Shown piece after piece: positions 9,013-18,034 of a stretch of 52,204 bases of DNA; the stretch's first letter is position 1; each line of letters starts with the position of its first letter. The DNA is taken from NCBI GenBank assembly GCA_965533305.1, contig CBESWV010000002.1, forward strand, positions 1 through 52,204. The letters are read 5' to 3'. The position numbers were made by a program, and so were the translations under genes. The notes beneath the pieces are model-generated. The model was not told where the DNA came from. It ran no database searches and saw only the letters and a program-made list of their open reading frames with translations. This DNA comes from an uncultured bacterium (GTDB lineage Bacteria; Acidobacteriota; Thermoanaerobaculia; Thermoanaerobaculales; Sulfomarinibacteraceae).

Positions 9013-9960
9013 ATGCTCAAAGAACATCCCTTACAGGTCTTTTCCGGTCGTGCGAACCCGGCGCTGTCGGAGGCGATCTGCGGCTATCTGCAGATCGAGA
9101 TGGGGCACCTGCGTCTCGGGAGCTTCTCCGATGGAGAAATCTTCTGCCAGATCCAGGACAACGTTCGGGGCGCCGATGTATTCATCGTCCAGCCCACCGG
9201 GCAACCGGCGAACGAGTCCCTCATGGAGCTGCTGATCATCCTCGATGCCTTTCGCAGGGCCTCGCCTTCGCGGGTCTGCGTCGTCATGCCCTACATGGGG
9301 TATGCACGTCAGGACCGCAAGGACGCCCCGCGTGTTCCCATCACCGCAAAGCTCGTGGCCAACCTCATCACCTCGGCCGGGGCCAGTCGGATGCTGACCA
9401 TTGATCTCCACGCCGCCCAGATCCAGGGATTCTTCGACATCCCCGTCGATCACCTCTATGCGGCGCCGATCCTCATTGAAGCCATCCGTCGCAAGAACCT
9501 CGAGAAACTCGTACTGGTTTCGCCCGACGCCGGCGGTGTCGAACGCGCACGAGCATTCGCCAAGCGACTCAAGAGCGACCTGGCGATCATGGACAAGCGT
9601 CGTCCCGAGGCCAACAAGGCTGAAATCATGAACGTGATCGGTGATGTGGAAGGTCGCGACTGCGTCATCATCGATGACATCATCGACACTGCCGGAACCC
9701 TGGTGGGTTCGGCAAAGGCCCTGACCGAACGTGGCGCACGCTCGGTCTATGCAGCCGGGGTCCACCCCGTTCTGTCCGGTCCGGCCGTTGAACGCATCAA
9801 TTCCAGCACCATCGAAAAGGTTCTGGTGACAGATACTCTGAGCCTGAGTGAGGAGGCGGCCATGAGCCCGAAGATCGAGCAGCTTTCGTTGGCCGTGCTG
9901 CTCGGCGAGGCGATCCGCCGGATCCACGAGGGAGCGTCCGTTTCGAGCCTGTTTGTATAA
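9013..9960 (+). CDS. prs: Ribose-phosphate pyrophosphokinase
   Basis: Full-length Prs-like sequence, including the PRPP-binding loop DCVIIDDIIDTAGTL and YMGYARQDRK. Confidence 0.95.
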   Translation: MLKEHPLQVFSGRANPALSEAICGYLQIEMGHLRLGSFSDGEIFCQIQDNVRGADVFIVQPTGQPANESLMELLIILDAFRRASPSRVCVVMPYMGYARQDRKDAPRVPITAKLVANLITSAGASRMLTIDLHAAQIQGFFDIPVDHLYAAPILIEAIRRKNLEKLVLVSPDAGGVERARAFAKRLKSDLAIMDKRRPEANKAEIMNVIGDVEGRDCVIIDDIIDTAGTLVGSAKALTERGARSVYAAGVHPVLSGPAVERINSSTIEKVLVTDTLSLSEEAAMSPKIEQLSLAVLLGEAIRRIHEGASVSSLFV

Positions 9961-10015
9961 CCCTATTCTTTGACCCATCGTCAGGGATGGGGCTGTGTGT
10001 AAGGAGACATCGAGA

Positions 10016-10708
10016 ATGGCAACGACAATTCAAACCGCTGATATCACACTGAACGTTGAATTACGCGAGGACAAGGGGACCGGCTCATCGGGCCGCCTAC
10101 GCGCCAAAGGACGGATCCCGTCCGTGATCTACGGTGGCGATCTGTCGCCGGTGGCGATCTCCGTCGATGACCTCGCCGTCAGGGAAATCCTCAAGCAGGA
10201 TGCCGGTGAGAACACCATCTTCCTCCTCAAGCTCAAGGACTCGACGGAGGAGCGGATGGCGATGATCAAGGAACTCCAGGTCAATCCGATCTCGGGCAAG
10301 TTCGTCCACATCGACTTCATTCGCGTCACCGCCGGCCACAAGCTCAACGTGTCCATCCGCATCGATCTCGTTGGAGACTGCTTGGGTGTCCGCGAGGGTG
10401 GCCGCATCGACTTCTCGTCGCGCGAGCTCTCGGTCGAGGTGCTTCCCCGTCACATGTTCGACCACATCGACATCGATGTGGAAGAGATGGTGATCGGCGA
10501 TGTCGTCACCGTGGCTGATCTCGAGGACAAGCTTCCCGAAAGCGGCAAGTTCCTCGAGGACCCGAGTCGGGTCGTCGTGGTCATCGAGCAGCCTAAACTT
10601 GTCGAGGAAGAGGAAGAGGACGAGCTCGCTGAGGACCTCATCATCGAGGAAGGCGCCGAGCCCGAGCTCATCGGCAAGGACAAGGACGACGAGGAAGCGG
10701 CCGAATAG
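10016..10708 (+). CDS. rplY: 50S ribosomal protein L25 / general stress protein Ctc
   Basis: ATG 10016 lies after SD AAGGAGA. The sequence GRLRAKGRIPSVIYGG...ENTIFLL...VHIDFIRV is typical of L25/Ctc, and the C-terminal tail is acidic. Confidence 0.9.
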   Translation: MATTIQTADITLNVELREDKGTGSSGRLRAKGRIPSVIYGGDLSPVAISVDDLAVREILKQDAGENTIFLLKLKDSTEERMAMIKELQVNPISGKFVHIDFIRVTAGHKLNVSIRIDLVGDCLGVREGGRIDFSSRELSVEVLPRHMFDHIDIDVEEMVIGDVVTVADLEDKLPESGKFLEDPSRVVVVIEQPKLVEEEEEDELAEDLIIEEGAEPELIGKDKDDEEAAE

Positions 10709-10729
10709 CCGTCCTTTTCCAGCAAAAGG

Positions 10730-11320
10730 ATGTCCATCGAACTGGTGCTCGGCCTCGGGAATCCGGGGCCGCGCTATGCCGAAACCCGACACAATGTCGG
10801 GTTTCGCGTCGTGGACGAACTCGCGCGCCGAAGCGGCGTCGGTGTCTGGGACCGGCATCCGAGTTGTGAAATCCGGCCTCTCGCCACCCTTGGTGGAGTC
10901 ATCGGCGCAAAACCTCTGACCTTTATGAACCGGTCGGGTGACGCCGCCGGGTGGCTGATCGAGAGATACGCCTTCGAACCTGAACGGATTCTGGTGGTCG
11001 TCGATGACATCGATCTGCCCATCGGTCGTCTGCGGTTACGGAAGCACGGCGGGCCTGGGACGCACAACGGTCTGAGGGACCTCTGCGAAGAGATCGGGAA
11101 TGGGTTTCCCAGGCTCAGGGTCGGGGTCCGCGGCGAAGAGGTTTGGGATGATCTTGCGGCCTATGTCACCGATCCGTTCGGTGCGCATGAGCTGGAGGAG
11201 GTGGACCGAGCAATCGTCCGCGCCGCGGACGCGGTCGAGTCCGTCATCACCGACGGCCTCGATGCGGCGATGAATCGGTTCAATCGGTTTGAGGTCGAAC
11301 CTGAAGACGTCAACTGTTGA
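10730..11320 (+). CDS. pth: Peptidyl-tRNA hydrolase
   Basis: LVLGLGNPGPRYAETRHNVGF...GGPGTHNGLRD motifs. Confidence 0.95.
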   Translation: MSIELVLGLGNPGPRYAETRHNVGFRVVDELARRSGVGVWDRHPSCEIRPLATLGGVIGAKPLTFMNRSGDAAGWLIERYAFEPERILVVVDDIDLPIGRLRLRKHGGPGTHNGLRDLCEEIGNGFPRLRVGVRGEEVWDDLAAYVTDPFGAHELEEVDRAIVRAADAVESVITDGLDAAMNRFNRFEVEPEDVNC

Positions 11321-11362
11321 AGCTAATCAGCTTGTCATTCTGTGGGCTGCGCCGGTCCAGCC

Positions 11363-11383
11363 GACTGACGACTCACGACTCAT
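11363..11383. repeat. Tandem heptamers GACTGAC GACTCAC GACTCAT (reverse complement of the GTGAGTC family)
   Basis: Three head-to-tail 7-mers in the convergent pth/PilZ spacer. Related arrays are at 41161-41190 and 48319-48339. Confidence 0.6.
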
Positions 11384-11390
11384 GTGAACC

Positions 11391-11816
11391 CTAATTCGCC
11401 CCATGCTTCTCCAGCTCGGGGGCGTGCTCGAGAGCGTCGACATTCACCTTGATCTTGATGGGTCCGCGATGCGCCGGTTTCTTTTCTTTCGCCGGGTAGG
11501 CGAGTCGGATCATCTTCGCCAACTTGGGGTCCACATCGAGAAACTGAACCCCGGCGTGGTAGACCAGCTCGCTGCTCGATTCGGTGTTCGAGAAACCGGT
11601 GAGCTTGCAGTGAACCACTCTCGCCTTGATCCGCAGGAGTCCTTTGGGGAGCGGCAGCGAGATCCTGCATTCACCTCTCGGATTGAGGGCCGAAGCCAAT
11701 ACGAGATGCGCGCCTTCCGGAGAGACATCGACCACCCGGGCGGGTCGGTTTCCCCAAATCGAAATTTCGACTTCGTGCGCCGGAGCGGCGCGACGAGAGT
11801 GACGGCGTTCGTCCAT
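11391..11816 (-). CDS. PilZ-domain protein (putative c-di-GMP receptor)
   Basis: RRHSRR (RxxxR) and DVSPEG (DxSxxG) motifs at the spacing expected for PilZ. SD GAGGGGAGAG lies upstream of ATG 11816. Confidence 0.8.
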   Translation of the reverse strand: MDERRHSRRAAPAHEVEISIWGNRPARVVDVSPEGAHLVLASALNPRGECRISLPLPKGLLRIKARVVHCKLTGFSNTESSSELVYHAGVQFLDVDPKLAKMIRLAYPAKEKKPAHRGPIKIKVNVDALEHAPELEKHGAN

Positions 11817-11970
11817 CGGACTCTCCCCTCTTACCGGTTCCGGCCGGGCGTCCCCTCCAGCACAACCTCAGGTCGCGACGTCCGGTCAGTTATTTGCGGT
11901 GCCCGAAAAGAGTACCCGATCCGATCATCGGGGTCCAGCCGAAAAAGCGAGTAAGATTGATCTCGATCGA

Positions 11971-12148
11971 GGAGTGTGTCATTCATCGATGGCGGATGGA
12001 TTTCGGCGAGGTCTCTGCGGCCGTTTTTTGGCGAATCTGCAGGTTCATGCCGGTGGTACGGCCCGAGAATTCACCAAGAAAAGGCTCAGACAAGATCTCT
12101 TAGGCGCCGCCGATTCTTTGGGCTACGAACTCCCGGCAGGAGGACACG
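11971..12148 (+). promoter_or_regulatory. Conserved ~180-nt leader element, copy A (upstream of the USP gene)
   Basis: Aligns without indels over about 130 nt to 30529-30711. The identical blocks gatggcggatggatttcgg (11988-12006) and aggcgccgccgattct (12102-12117) are exactly 114 nt apart in both copies. An internal helix pairs 12008-12022 with 12083-12099. Confidence 0.55.
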
Positions 12149-13042
12149 ATGGTTGCCAACCCCAAGAGGATCCTGGTCGCGACGGATTTTTCGACCACAG
12201 CCGACATGGCAGAAAAAATCGCCTATCAGCTCGCGCATCAGCTGGAAGCCGAGCTCCATCTCGTCCACGTGAGGGTGATTTTGGAAGATCCACTCATGGC
12301 GGAAGAGCAGCAGATGGAAATTGAGCGCATGATGTCCTCGACGGACGAGGCAACCCGGCAGACCTTTGCCAGGGATCGGTCCGGGGAACCCGGCATCACC
12401 GTTAGAACTCACCTGATCCGCAGCGTTTCAGCGGCGGAGGCGATCACCGAGACCGCTTCGGATCTCGACTGTGATCTCATCGTCATGGGCACACAAGGGC
12501 GACGCGGCATCAAACACATGCTGCTCGGCTCCGTCGCCGAGAACGTCATTCGAAGCGCCGATCTCCCGGTGCTCACCGTTCGCCCCGGCACCGCCTTCCC
12601 CGATCACGGACCCAAGAAAATCCTCGTAGCCCACGATTTTTCGGGTCGTTCGGCGGGGGCTGTGCGGGCTGCCGGGGAGTGGGCCCGGGCCTTCGATGCG
12701 GACATCACCCTGCTCCACGTCGTGGAACCGGTGGTCTATCCCGAGTTCTACGCCATCAACGCCCTCTCCGACGACGTGATGACGCGGCTTCAGGATCGCG
12801 CGTCCGAGGCCCTCGATGACGCCGCGACGGAGACTCTCCCTGATCTAAGGGTCACTACCCGGGTTCTCATCGGACGCGCCATCAACACCATCATCACCGA
12901 AGCGCGGCCCGAGAGCTTCGATCTCGTGGTCATGGGGACACGCGGACTCAGCGGACTGGAGCAACTCGTGCTCGGCTCGGTAGCCGAGGGGGTGCTGAGG
13001 AGGTGTCCGGTGCCGTTGTTGACCGTGAGTCGCTCATCTTAG
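12149..13042 (+). CDS. Universal stress protein, tandem UspA domains
   Basis: Two repeats of KRILVATDFS...LHLVHV...GSVAE.V.R....PVLTV. Confidence 0.85.
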   Translation: MVANPKRILVATDFSTTADMAEKIAYQLAHQLEAELHLVHVRVILEDPLMAEEQQMEIERMMSSTDEATRQTFARDRSGEPGITVRTHLIRSVSAAEAITETASDLDCDLIVMGTQGRRGIKHMLLGSVAENVIRSADLPVLTVRPGTAFPDHGPKKILVAHDFSGRSAGAVRAAGEWARAFDADITLLHVVEPVVYPEFYAINALSDDVMTRLQDRASEALDDAATETLPDLRVTTRVLIGRAINTIITEARPESFDLVVMGTRGLSGLEQLVLGSVAEGVLRRCPVPLLTVSRSS

Positions 13043-13046
13043 GAAC

Positions 13047-14366
13047 TTATGTCTTCAACTGCTGCGCGAAGTCCCTCGCCTCTGACTCGATCCGTTCCTG
13101 ATCCATGGTGTTGAGGTGTCGGTTTCCAACCACGAGCTTGCCGTGGACCAACACGTGCCGGACATCGGAGGATCGGGCGGCATAGACGAGGTGCGACCAG
13201 GGATCGAAGACCGGTGTGGCGTGCGGTCCATCGACCGAAAAACACACCAAGTCGGCGATTTTGCCTTCGGTCAGAGTGCCGATCTCGGTTTCGAGCCCCA
13301 GGACTCCGGCCCCACCGATGGTCGCCATCTCGATCATCGAACGGGCGGGCAGGACCGTTGGATCTCCGAACACGCCCTTGTGCAGGAGCGAGGCCAGCTG
13401 GGTGTCACGCAGGAGGTCCAGGGTGTTGTTGGACGCCGCACCGTCGGTGCCGAGACCGACCTTGACCCCTGCCTCGACCATGGCGGGAATCGGGGCCACG
13501 CCCGAGGCGAGCTTGAGATTGGAGACCGGGTTGTGGGCGACGCCGACTTCGAATTCGACCAGGGTCTCGATGTCTTCCGGTGAGACGTGGACACAGTGGG
13601 CGGCGACGGTTCGCTCGGAGAGCACACCGAGATCGGCGAGGTAGGCGACGGGAGATCGTCCCTTCTCTTCCATGAGCTTTTCCACTTCCCATCGCGACTC
13701 GGAGAGGTGGATCTGGAGAGTGGTTCCGAGCTCCTCGGCGAGTTCGGCCTCCTTGACCAGGTTGGCCGCGCTCACCGTGTAGGGTGCGTGGGCGGCGACG
13801 GAGGGTGTGATCAGCGGGTGGTCCCGGTACTCCTGGGCCAGCTCCCGCTGTTTTTCCATCATCTCTTCGGGGGTCTTGCAGCGAGGGGTGGCGAAATCGA
13901 TGAGCGACTCGGCAATCACCCCGCGCATCCCGGCCTCGGCGAGCACCGCGGCGACCTCGTTGCCGAAGAAGTACATGTCGGTGGTGGTCGTGACGCCGGC
14001 GAGAAGTTGTTCGGCAACCGCGAGTTCGGTGCCGAGTCGAACGGCCTCGCGGTTCATGTGGGTCTTCTCCGCGGGCCAGATGTGGTTTTCCAGCCAATCC
14101 ATCAGCGGGAGGTCATCGGCAAGACCGCGGAGCAGGGTCATGGCGAGGTGGCAGTGGGTGTTGACCAGACCCGGCAGGATGAGGCATCCGCCGGCGTTGA
14201 CCACCTCGCCGGTGGGCGCGTGCTCGAGCAGGTCCTCGGCGAGGCCGACGGCGGCGATCCGGCCGTCGGCGATCGCGATGGCGCCGTCGGGGATGGGTTC
14301 GCTCCCGGGCTCCATGGTGAGAATGGTTCCGCCGACAACGAGAGTGTCCCAATTTGATGTGTCCAT
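13047..14366 (-). CDS. mtaD: Amidohydrolase of the MtaD / SAH-MTA deaminase type
   Basis: PGLVNTHCHLAMTLLRGLADDLPLMDWL and the downstream HxH/Asp metal ligands are typical of the chlorohydrolase/deaminase family. ATG 14366 is preceded by SD GGAGGA. The ORF-track GTG at 14384 is less likely. Confidence 0.8.
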   Translation of the reverse strand: MDTSNWDTLVVGGTILTMEPGSEPIPDGAIAIADGRIAAVGLAEDLLEHAPTGEVVNAGGCLILPGLVNTHCHLAMTLLRGLADDLPLMDWLENHIWPAEKTHMNREAVRLGTELAVAEQLLAGVTTTTDMYFFGNEVAAVLAEAGMRGVIAESLIDFATPRCKTPEEMMEKQRELAQEYRDHPLITPSVAAHAPYTVSAANLVKEAELAEELGTTLQIHLSESRWEVEKLMEEKGRSPVAYLADLGVLSERTVAAHCVHVSPEDIETLVEFEVGVAHNPVSNLKLASGVAPIPAMVEAGVKVGLGTDGAASNNTLDLLRDTQLASLLHKGVFGDPTVLPARSMIEMATIGGAGVLGLETEIGTLTEGKIADLVCFSVDGPHATPVFDPWSHLVYAARSSDVRHVLVHGKLVVGNRHLNTMDQERIESEARDFAQQLKT

Positions 14367-14368
14367 GC

Positions 14369-14409
14369 AATCCTCCAGACCCACACCCGAGGTGCGAGTC
14401 TGGAGGATT
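14369..14409 (-). promoter_or_regulatory. SD-sequestering hairpin in front of the mtaD-like gene
   Basis: Perfect 12-bp stem aatcctccagac / gtctggaggatt with a 17-nt loop. On the minus-strand mRNA the 3' arm contains the GGAGGA SD, 4 nt before the ATG. No U-tract follows. Confidence 0.5.
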
Positions 14410-14439
14410 GTAGCTAATCGGGATTCGGGGGACGACTCC

Positions 14440-14844
14440 TCAGAACTCCTCGCCCTCTTTCAGCCGGCGAAGTCGGCGGCGTTCCTGCTTCTTGGGCGCA
14501 CCCATGCCGCGATCGCGGAGCGGCGGCATGGAAAGACGTTGCATTCTTCTGAGTTCGATCTCTTCTGGAGTCGGCGGCGGAGTGTGATCGATATAGAGCT
14601 CGCGGGCCCGGGCTTTGGAGACATTGGTGGATTCGATTCCCACGACCTCGATGGTTCGCTTCCGACCGCCGGGAAGGGAGATCTTGATCTCGTCCCCCGG
14701 ACGGACCGCTCGATGAGCCTTGCCGTTGTCTCCGTTGACTTCAACACGGCCATTCTTGCAGGCCGTCTGGGCCTGTGATCTGGTCTTGAAGATGCAGGCC
14801 ACATCGAGCCAGATGTCCAGACGGAGGGAAGCATTGTCGGCCAC
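14440..14844 (-). CDS. S4-domain RNA-binding protein, Hsp15/HslR-like
   Basis: LRLDIWLDVACIFKTRSQAQTACKNGRVEVNG resembles the Hsp15 S4 domain, and the C-terminus is basic. I prefer the GTG start at 14844, which gives a length similar to E. coli HslR. The ORF track extends to TTG 14940. Confidence 0.7.
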   Translation of the reverse strand: MADNASLRLDIWLDVACIFKTRSQAQTACKNGRVEVNGDNGKAHRAVRPGDEIKISLPGGRKRTIEVVGIESTNVSKARARELYIDHTPPPTPEEIELRRMQRLSMPPLRDRGMGAPKKQERRRLRRLKEGEEF

Positions 14845-15212
14845 GGTGCGAGTGTAGCGCGAGAGGATGAGAGTTGGGAGAGCAAGAACCCGCACGAATC
14901 GAGGGTGGATTTCACGATTGAAGGATGTTTGATTGAGCAACCTTCAAATTCGGTGATCCGCATCACACAGCAAACGAGGATTGGATGTGGGAGGCTCTGC
15001 GGAGATGGACTGGTCGGTCGGGAGCTGGTCGTGCGCCGCGGTTCCCGGCACGACTGGTTCAGAATCGAGGATTGACGACCCCGGTGTTCGACTCAGGGTT
15101 TTCGGAAACCGGAGTACGATCTACAATGGACGCCAATAACCGCCACGAGGAACTATGGCCGTGGAATCGTCTTGGATTGGATTCGCGACCAAATCCGGCT
15201 GCTGGAGAATTG

Positions 15213-16964
15213 ATGGGAACACACCACCGGTCCCCCCACAGGTTTGGGCTCTACCTGATCATTGCGATGGCCCTGTCCATGGTTACAGGGAACGGCTCGG
15301 CGGCGGACCATCCGACCCTGGTGAATCCGGAAACGACCACCTGCGTCACCTGCCACGACGAGGTGCTTGCGGTGCGGGTTCCGCATCCGCCGGCGGCCGA
15401 TGACTGCCTGACCTGCCACGTGTTTGAAGCCAGCGAAGGCGAAACGAGCGTGGGATTGATGGAGTCAGGATCTGCGCTGTGTCTGGCCTGCCACGATGGG
15501 CTTGCGGCGGCCGCGACCGGTGAGATCGCGGTCCCGCACGCTCCTGTGGTCGATGACTGTGGGACCTGCCACGGTGCTCATGGCACGGACTTCGATGCCA
15601 TGCTCGTGGTGGAGCCGGCACTCATCTGTGCCGAGTGTCACGATTTAGACGACACCGACGCCGCCCACCCACTACCCGTGCGGCGTGCCGACTGCCGGAC
15701 CTGCCACGAGGCTCACGGTTCGAAGAACGCCCACATGCTGCGTGGATCTTCACGACACGTGCCCTTTGAGGAAGGTTCGTGCGACGCATGTCACCGCACA
15801 CCGCGCGGGACACGTGTGCGTCTCCTCCAAGAGGGCGGGGCTCTCTGTGAGGCGTGCCATGGCGATATCGCGAATGACGGCGATGCGGTGGTCCATACCG
15901 CGATCAAGCAGGGCCGGTGTGTGGAGTGCCACGACCCCCATCTTGCGGATCGCCCCCACCTTCTGAAGGCCGACGGCGGCGAACTCTGCTTTTCGTGCCA
16001 CCCCGACATCGCCGAGCGGGCGAAGGGCCCCGGTGCTCACGCTGCGCTGGAGGATGGTTGCGACGGCTGTCACGACGCACATTCCAGTGATCGGCCCGCG
16101 ATGCTGCTCGACGACGTGGACGAACTCTGTGGCACCTGCCACGATTCGGCGGACCCCGATCTTCGCCGACTGCACTTCGGGGCGGATATGACGACGATCC
16201 GCTGCCTCGGCTGCCACGATCCCCACGGATCATCGAGCATGCCTCTCATCGCCAACGGATCGATCCATCCGCCGTTCCGCGAGGGCTGCAGCAATTGTCA
16301 CGGCGCTACGGCGCAGGAGCTTGAGGGCGGCGGTGGCAATGCTCTGTGCGAGATGTGCCACGACGACGTGGCGGAGACCATCGCGACGGCTGCCGTGCCC
16401 CACCCCGCCATGGAGGCGATGGAGTGCGTGGACTGCCATTCTCCCCATGCATCCCGCCAGCCGAAGCTTCTGCGGGCAGCCGGAGGCGAATTGTGCCTCG
16501 ACTGCCACGAAGACCAGGCGGGAGGCGAGGGTGAGAGCGTTCACCGGGCGATCTCGTGGATCGGATGCCACAGCTGTCACCTACCCCACGGGGGTCCGAG
16601 TGAGAACCTCCTGCGGGCGTCAGGGAACGACCTGTGCAACGGGTGTCACCTGAAGAACCGGGTGAAGGTGGACCGGAACGGCGATGTCAGGCTTGACGGC
16701 GGATTCGTCCTGCGGGGTGAACGGGCTCGGGAACTCGAGATGATCGGCCTCGATCCCTTCCTTCGCAAGAACCACCCGATCCCCGAGCACCCGGTTACCG
16801 GGATGATCGATGGCAAGGGCCGGACGGAAGTGGCGAAGTCGCTTGTGGGTCAAGAGATGACCTGCCGGCTCTGTCATGAACCCCATGCAGCGGCGAGCTC
16901 GAAGTTGTTTGCCTGGAAAGCGACAAACCAGGCTGAGCTGTGCATCGCATGCCACCCCAAATGA
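15213..16964 (+). CDS. Multihaem c-type cytochrome, 21 CxxCH motifs, modular
   Basis: ATG 15213 after SD GGAGA gives the signal peptide MGTHHRSPHRFGLYLIIAMALSMVTGNGSAA. I counted 21 CxxCH motifs. The unit LCxxCH...H.....CxxCH.(A/P)H repeats throughout. Confidence 0.9.
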   Translation: MGTHHRSPHRFGLYLIIAMALSMVTGNGSAADHPTLVNPETTTCVTCHDEVLAVRVPHPPAADDCLTCHVFEASEGETSVGLMESGSALCLACHDGLAAAATGEIAVPHAPVVDDCGTCHGAHGTDFDAMLVVEPALICAECHDLDDTDAAHPLPVRRADCRTCHEAHGSKNAHMLRGSSRHVPFEEGSCDACHRTPRGTRVRLLQEGGALCEACHGDIANDGDAVVHTAIKQGRCVECHDPHLADRPHLLKADGGELCFSCHPDIAERAKGPGAHAALEDGCDGCHDAHSSDRPAMLLDDVDELCGTCHDSADPDLRRLHFGADMTTIRCLGCHDPHGSSSMPLIANGSIHPPFREGCSNCHGATAQELEGGGGNALCEMCHDDVAETIATAAVPHPAMEAMECVDCHSPHASRQPKLLRAAGGELCLDCHEDQAGGEGESVHRAISWIGCHSCHLPHGGPSENLLRASGNDLCNGCHLKNRVKVDRNGDVRLDGGFVLRGERARELEMIGLDPFLRKNHPIPEHPVTGMIDGKGRTEVAKSLVGQEMTCRLCHEPHAAASSKLFAWKATNQAELCIACHPK

Positions 16965-16984
16965 ATGAGAGCGAGAACTGACTG

Positions 16985-18034
16985 ATGGGCCATCGAGCAA
17001 AGTACTTCCTTTTTCCAGTGTTCGCGGCGCTTCTCTGGTCGTGTAGCTCAGGTGGAGCGAGTTCGGGCAAGCGAGCCGCCTCTGAGCCGACGAGGGTCGT
17101 CTATCCTCCGGCTCCGGCCGATCCGGTTGTCGAGTGGGTCGGTGTGATCGGCACCCGGGCCGATGTCGACAACCGGAAACGAACCTTGAGGAAGGTCCTC
17201 GTCGGCGAAGAGGAAATCGAGGCGTCGCTGATGGCTCCGACGGCGGTGGCCATCGGCCCTGACCAGACTCTCTATGTGGTCGATCAGCATCTCCGGGGAG
17301 TGGTGATTATCAACCGGGATGAACAGCGTTTCGAACTCTTCCGGGGGACGGCCCCGGGTTCGCTCTTCCAGCCCGTCGGCGTCGCGGTGGCCGATGACGG
17401 CACTCTGTATGTCAGTGATGCGAGCTCTCAGGCCGTCTATGCCTATGACGCGGAACTCGGGTTCAAGAGGGCCTATGGCGGAGCTGGAATCTTCGATCGG
17501 CCGACCTCCATCGCATTGACGGCGGGTGGTGATCGGATTGCAGTGTGCGACACCGAACGCCATGTGGTAAACGTGATGGAAACCGCAACGGGATTGCCGG
17601 TGATGACCCTGGGAGGCAATGAGAACAGCGCCCGCGACGGCGAGTTTAACTTCCCGGTCGCGGCCGCCTTCGACGCCGAGGGTTACCTCTATGTCTCCGA
17701 CTACCTGAACTTCCGGATTCAGGTCTTCGATCCCGCCGGTGATCTTGATCTAATTTTCGGGAGCGCCGGAGACAGCCCCGGGAACTTGAATCGGCCCCGT
17801 GGATTGGTGGCCGACGCCGCCAACGGCGTGTTGTATGAGGTGGATGGAGCGTTTCAGCTCGTTCAGATGTTTAACCTCGATGGTGAGTTGCTCATGTGGT
17901 TCGGAGAGCCCGGTCAGGGGCCGGGCCAATTCTCTCTTCCTTCAGGTATAGCCATGCGTGACAAGCTTCTGGTCGTCGCGGATACGCTCAACCACCGTAT
18001 TCAACTCTTTCGGTTCCTTGGTTCACCGCAGTGA
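16985..18034 (+). CDS. NHL-repeat beta-propeller lipoprotein (paralog 1)
   Basis: Lipobox FAALLWSC. There are six NHL-like blades (LYVVDQHLRGVVII, LYVSDASSQAVYAYD, IAVCDTERHVVNVM, LYVSDYLNFRIQVFD, LYEVDGAFQLVQMFN, LLVVADTLNHRIQLF). Confidence 0.85.
   Translation: MGHRAKYFLFPVFAALLWSCSSGGASSGKRAASEPTRVVYPPAPADPVVEWVGVIGTRADVDNRKRTLRKVLVGEEEIEASLMAPTAVAIGPDQTLYVVDQHLRGVVIINRDEQRFELFRGTAPGSLFQPVGVAVADDGTLYVSDASSQAVYAYDAELGFKRAYGGAGIFDRPTSIALTAGGDRIAVCDTERHVVNVMETATGLPVMTLGGNENSARDGEFNFPVAAAFDAEGYLYVSDYLNFRIQVFDPAGDLDLIFGSAGDSPGNLNRPRGLVADAANGVLYEVDGAFQLVQMFNLDGELLMWFGEPGQGPGQFSLPSGIAMRDKLLVVADTLNHRIQLFRFLGSPQ

Noticed and set aside
9031-9978. 315-aa ORF antisense to prs
   Set aside because: prs is unambiguous on the plus strand. 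The antisense frame has no motifs.
11971-12148. Attempt to assign the duplicated leader to a known riboswitch class (ZTP, fluoride, guanidine, c-di-GMP, Mn, glycine, SAM, cobalamin)
   Set aside because: None of the consensus cores I remember for these classes is present. I left it unclassified rather than force a name.
15046-15061. Sigma-54-like sequence cGGCACGactgGTTCa upstream of the cytochrome locus
   Set aside because: The -24 GGCACG element is good, but the -12 element lacks the essential GC (TTGC). Similar near-misses occur at 382-396 and 37801-37816. None is sufficient to call an RpoN promoter.
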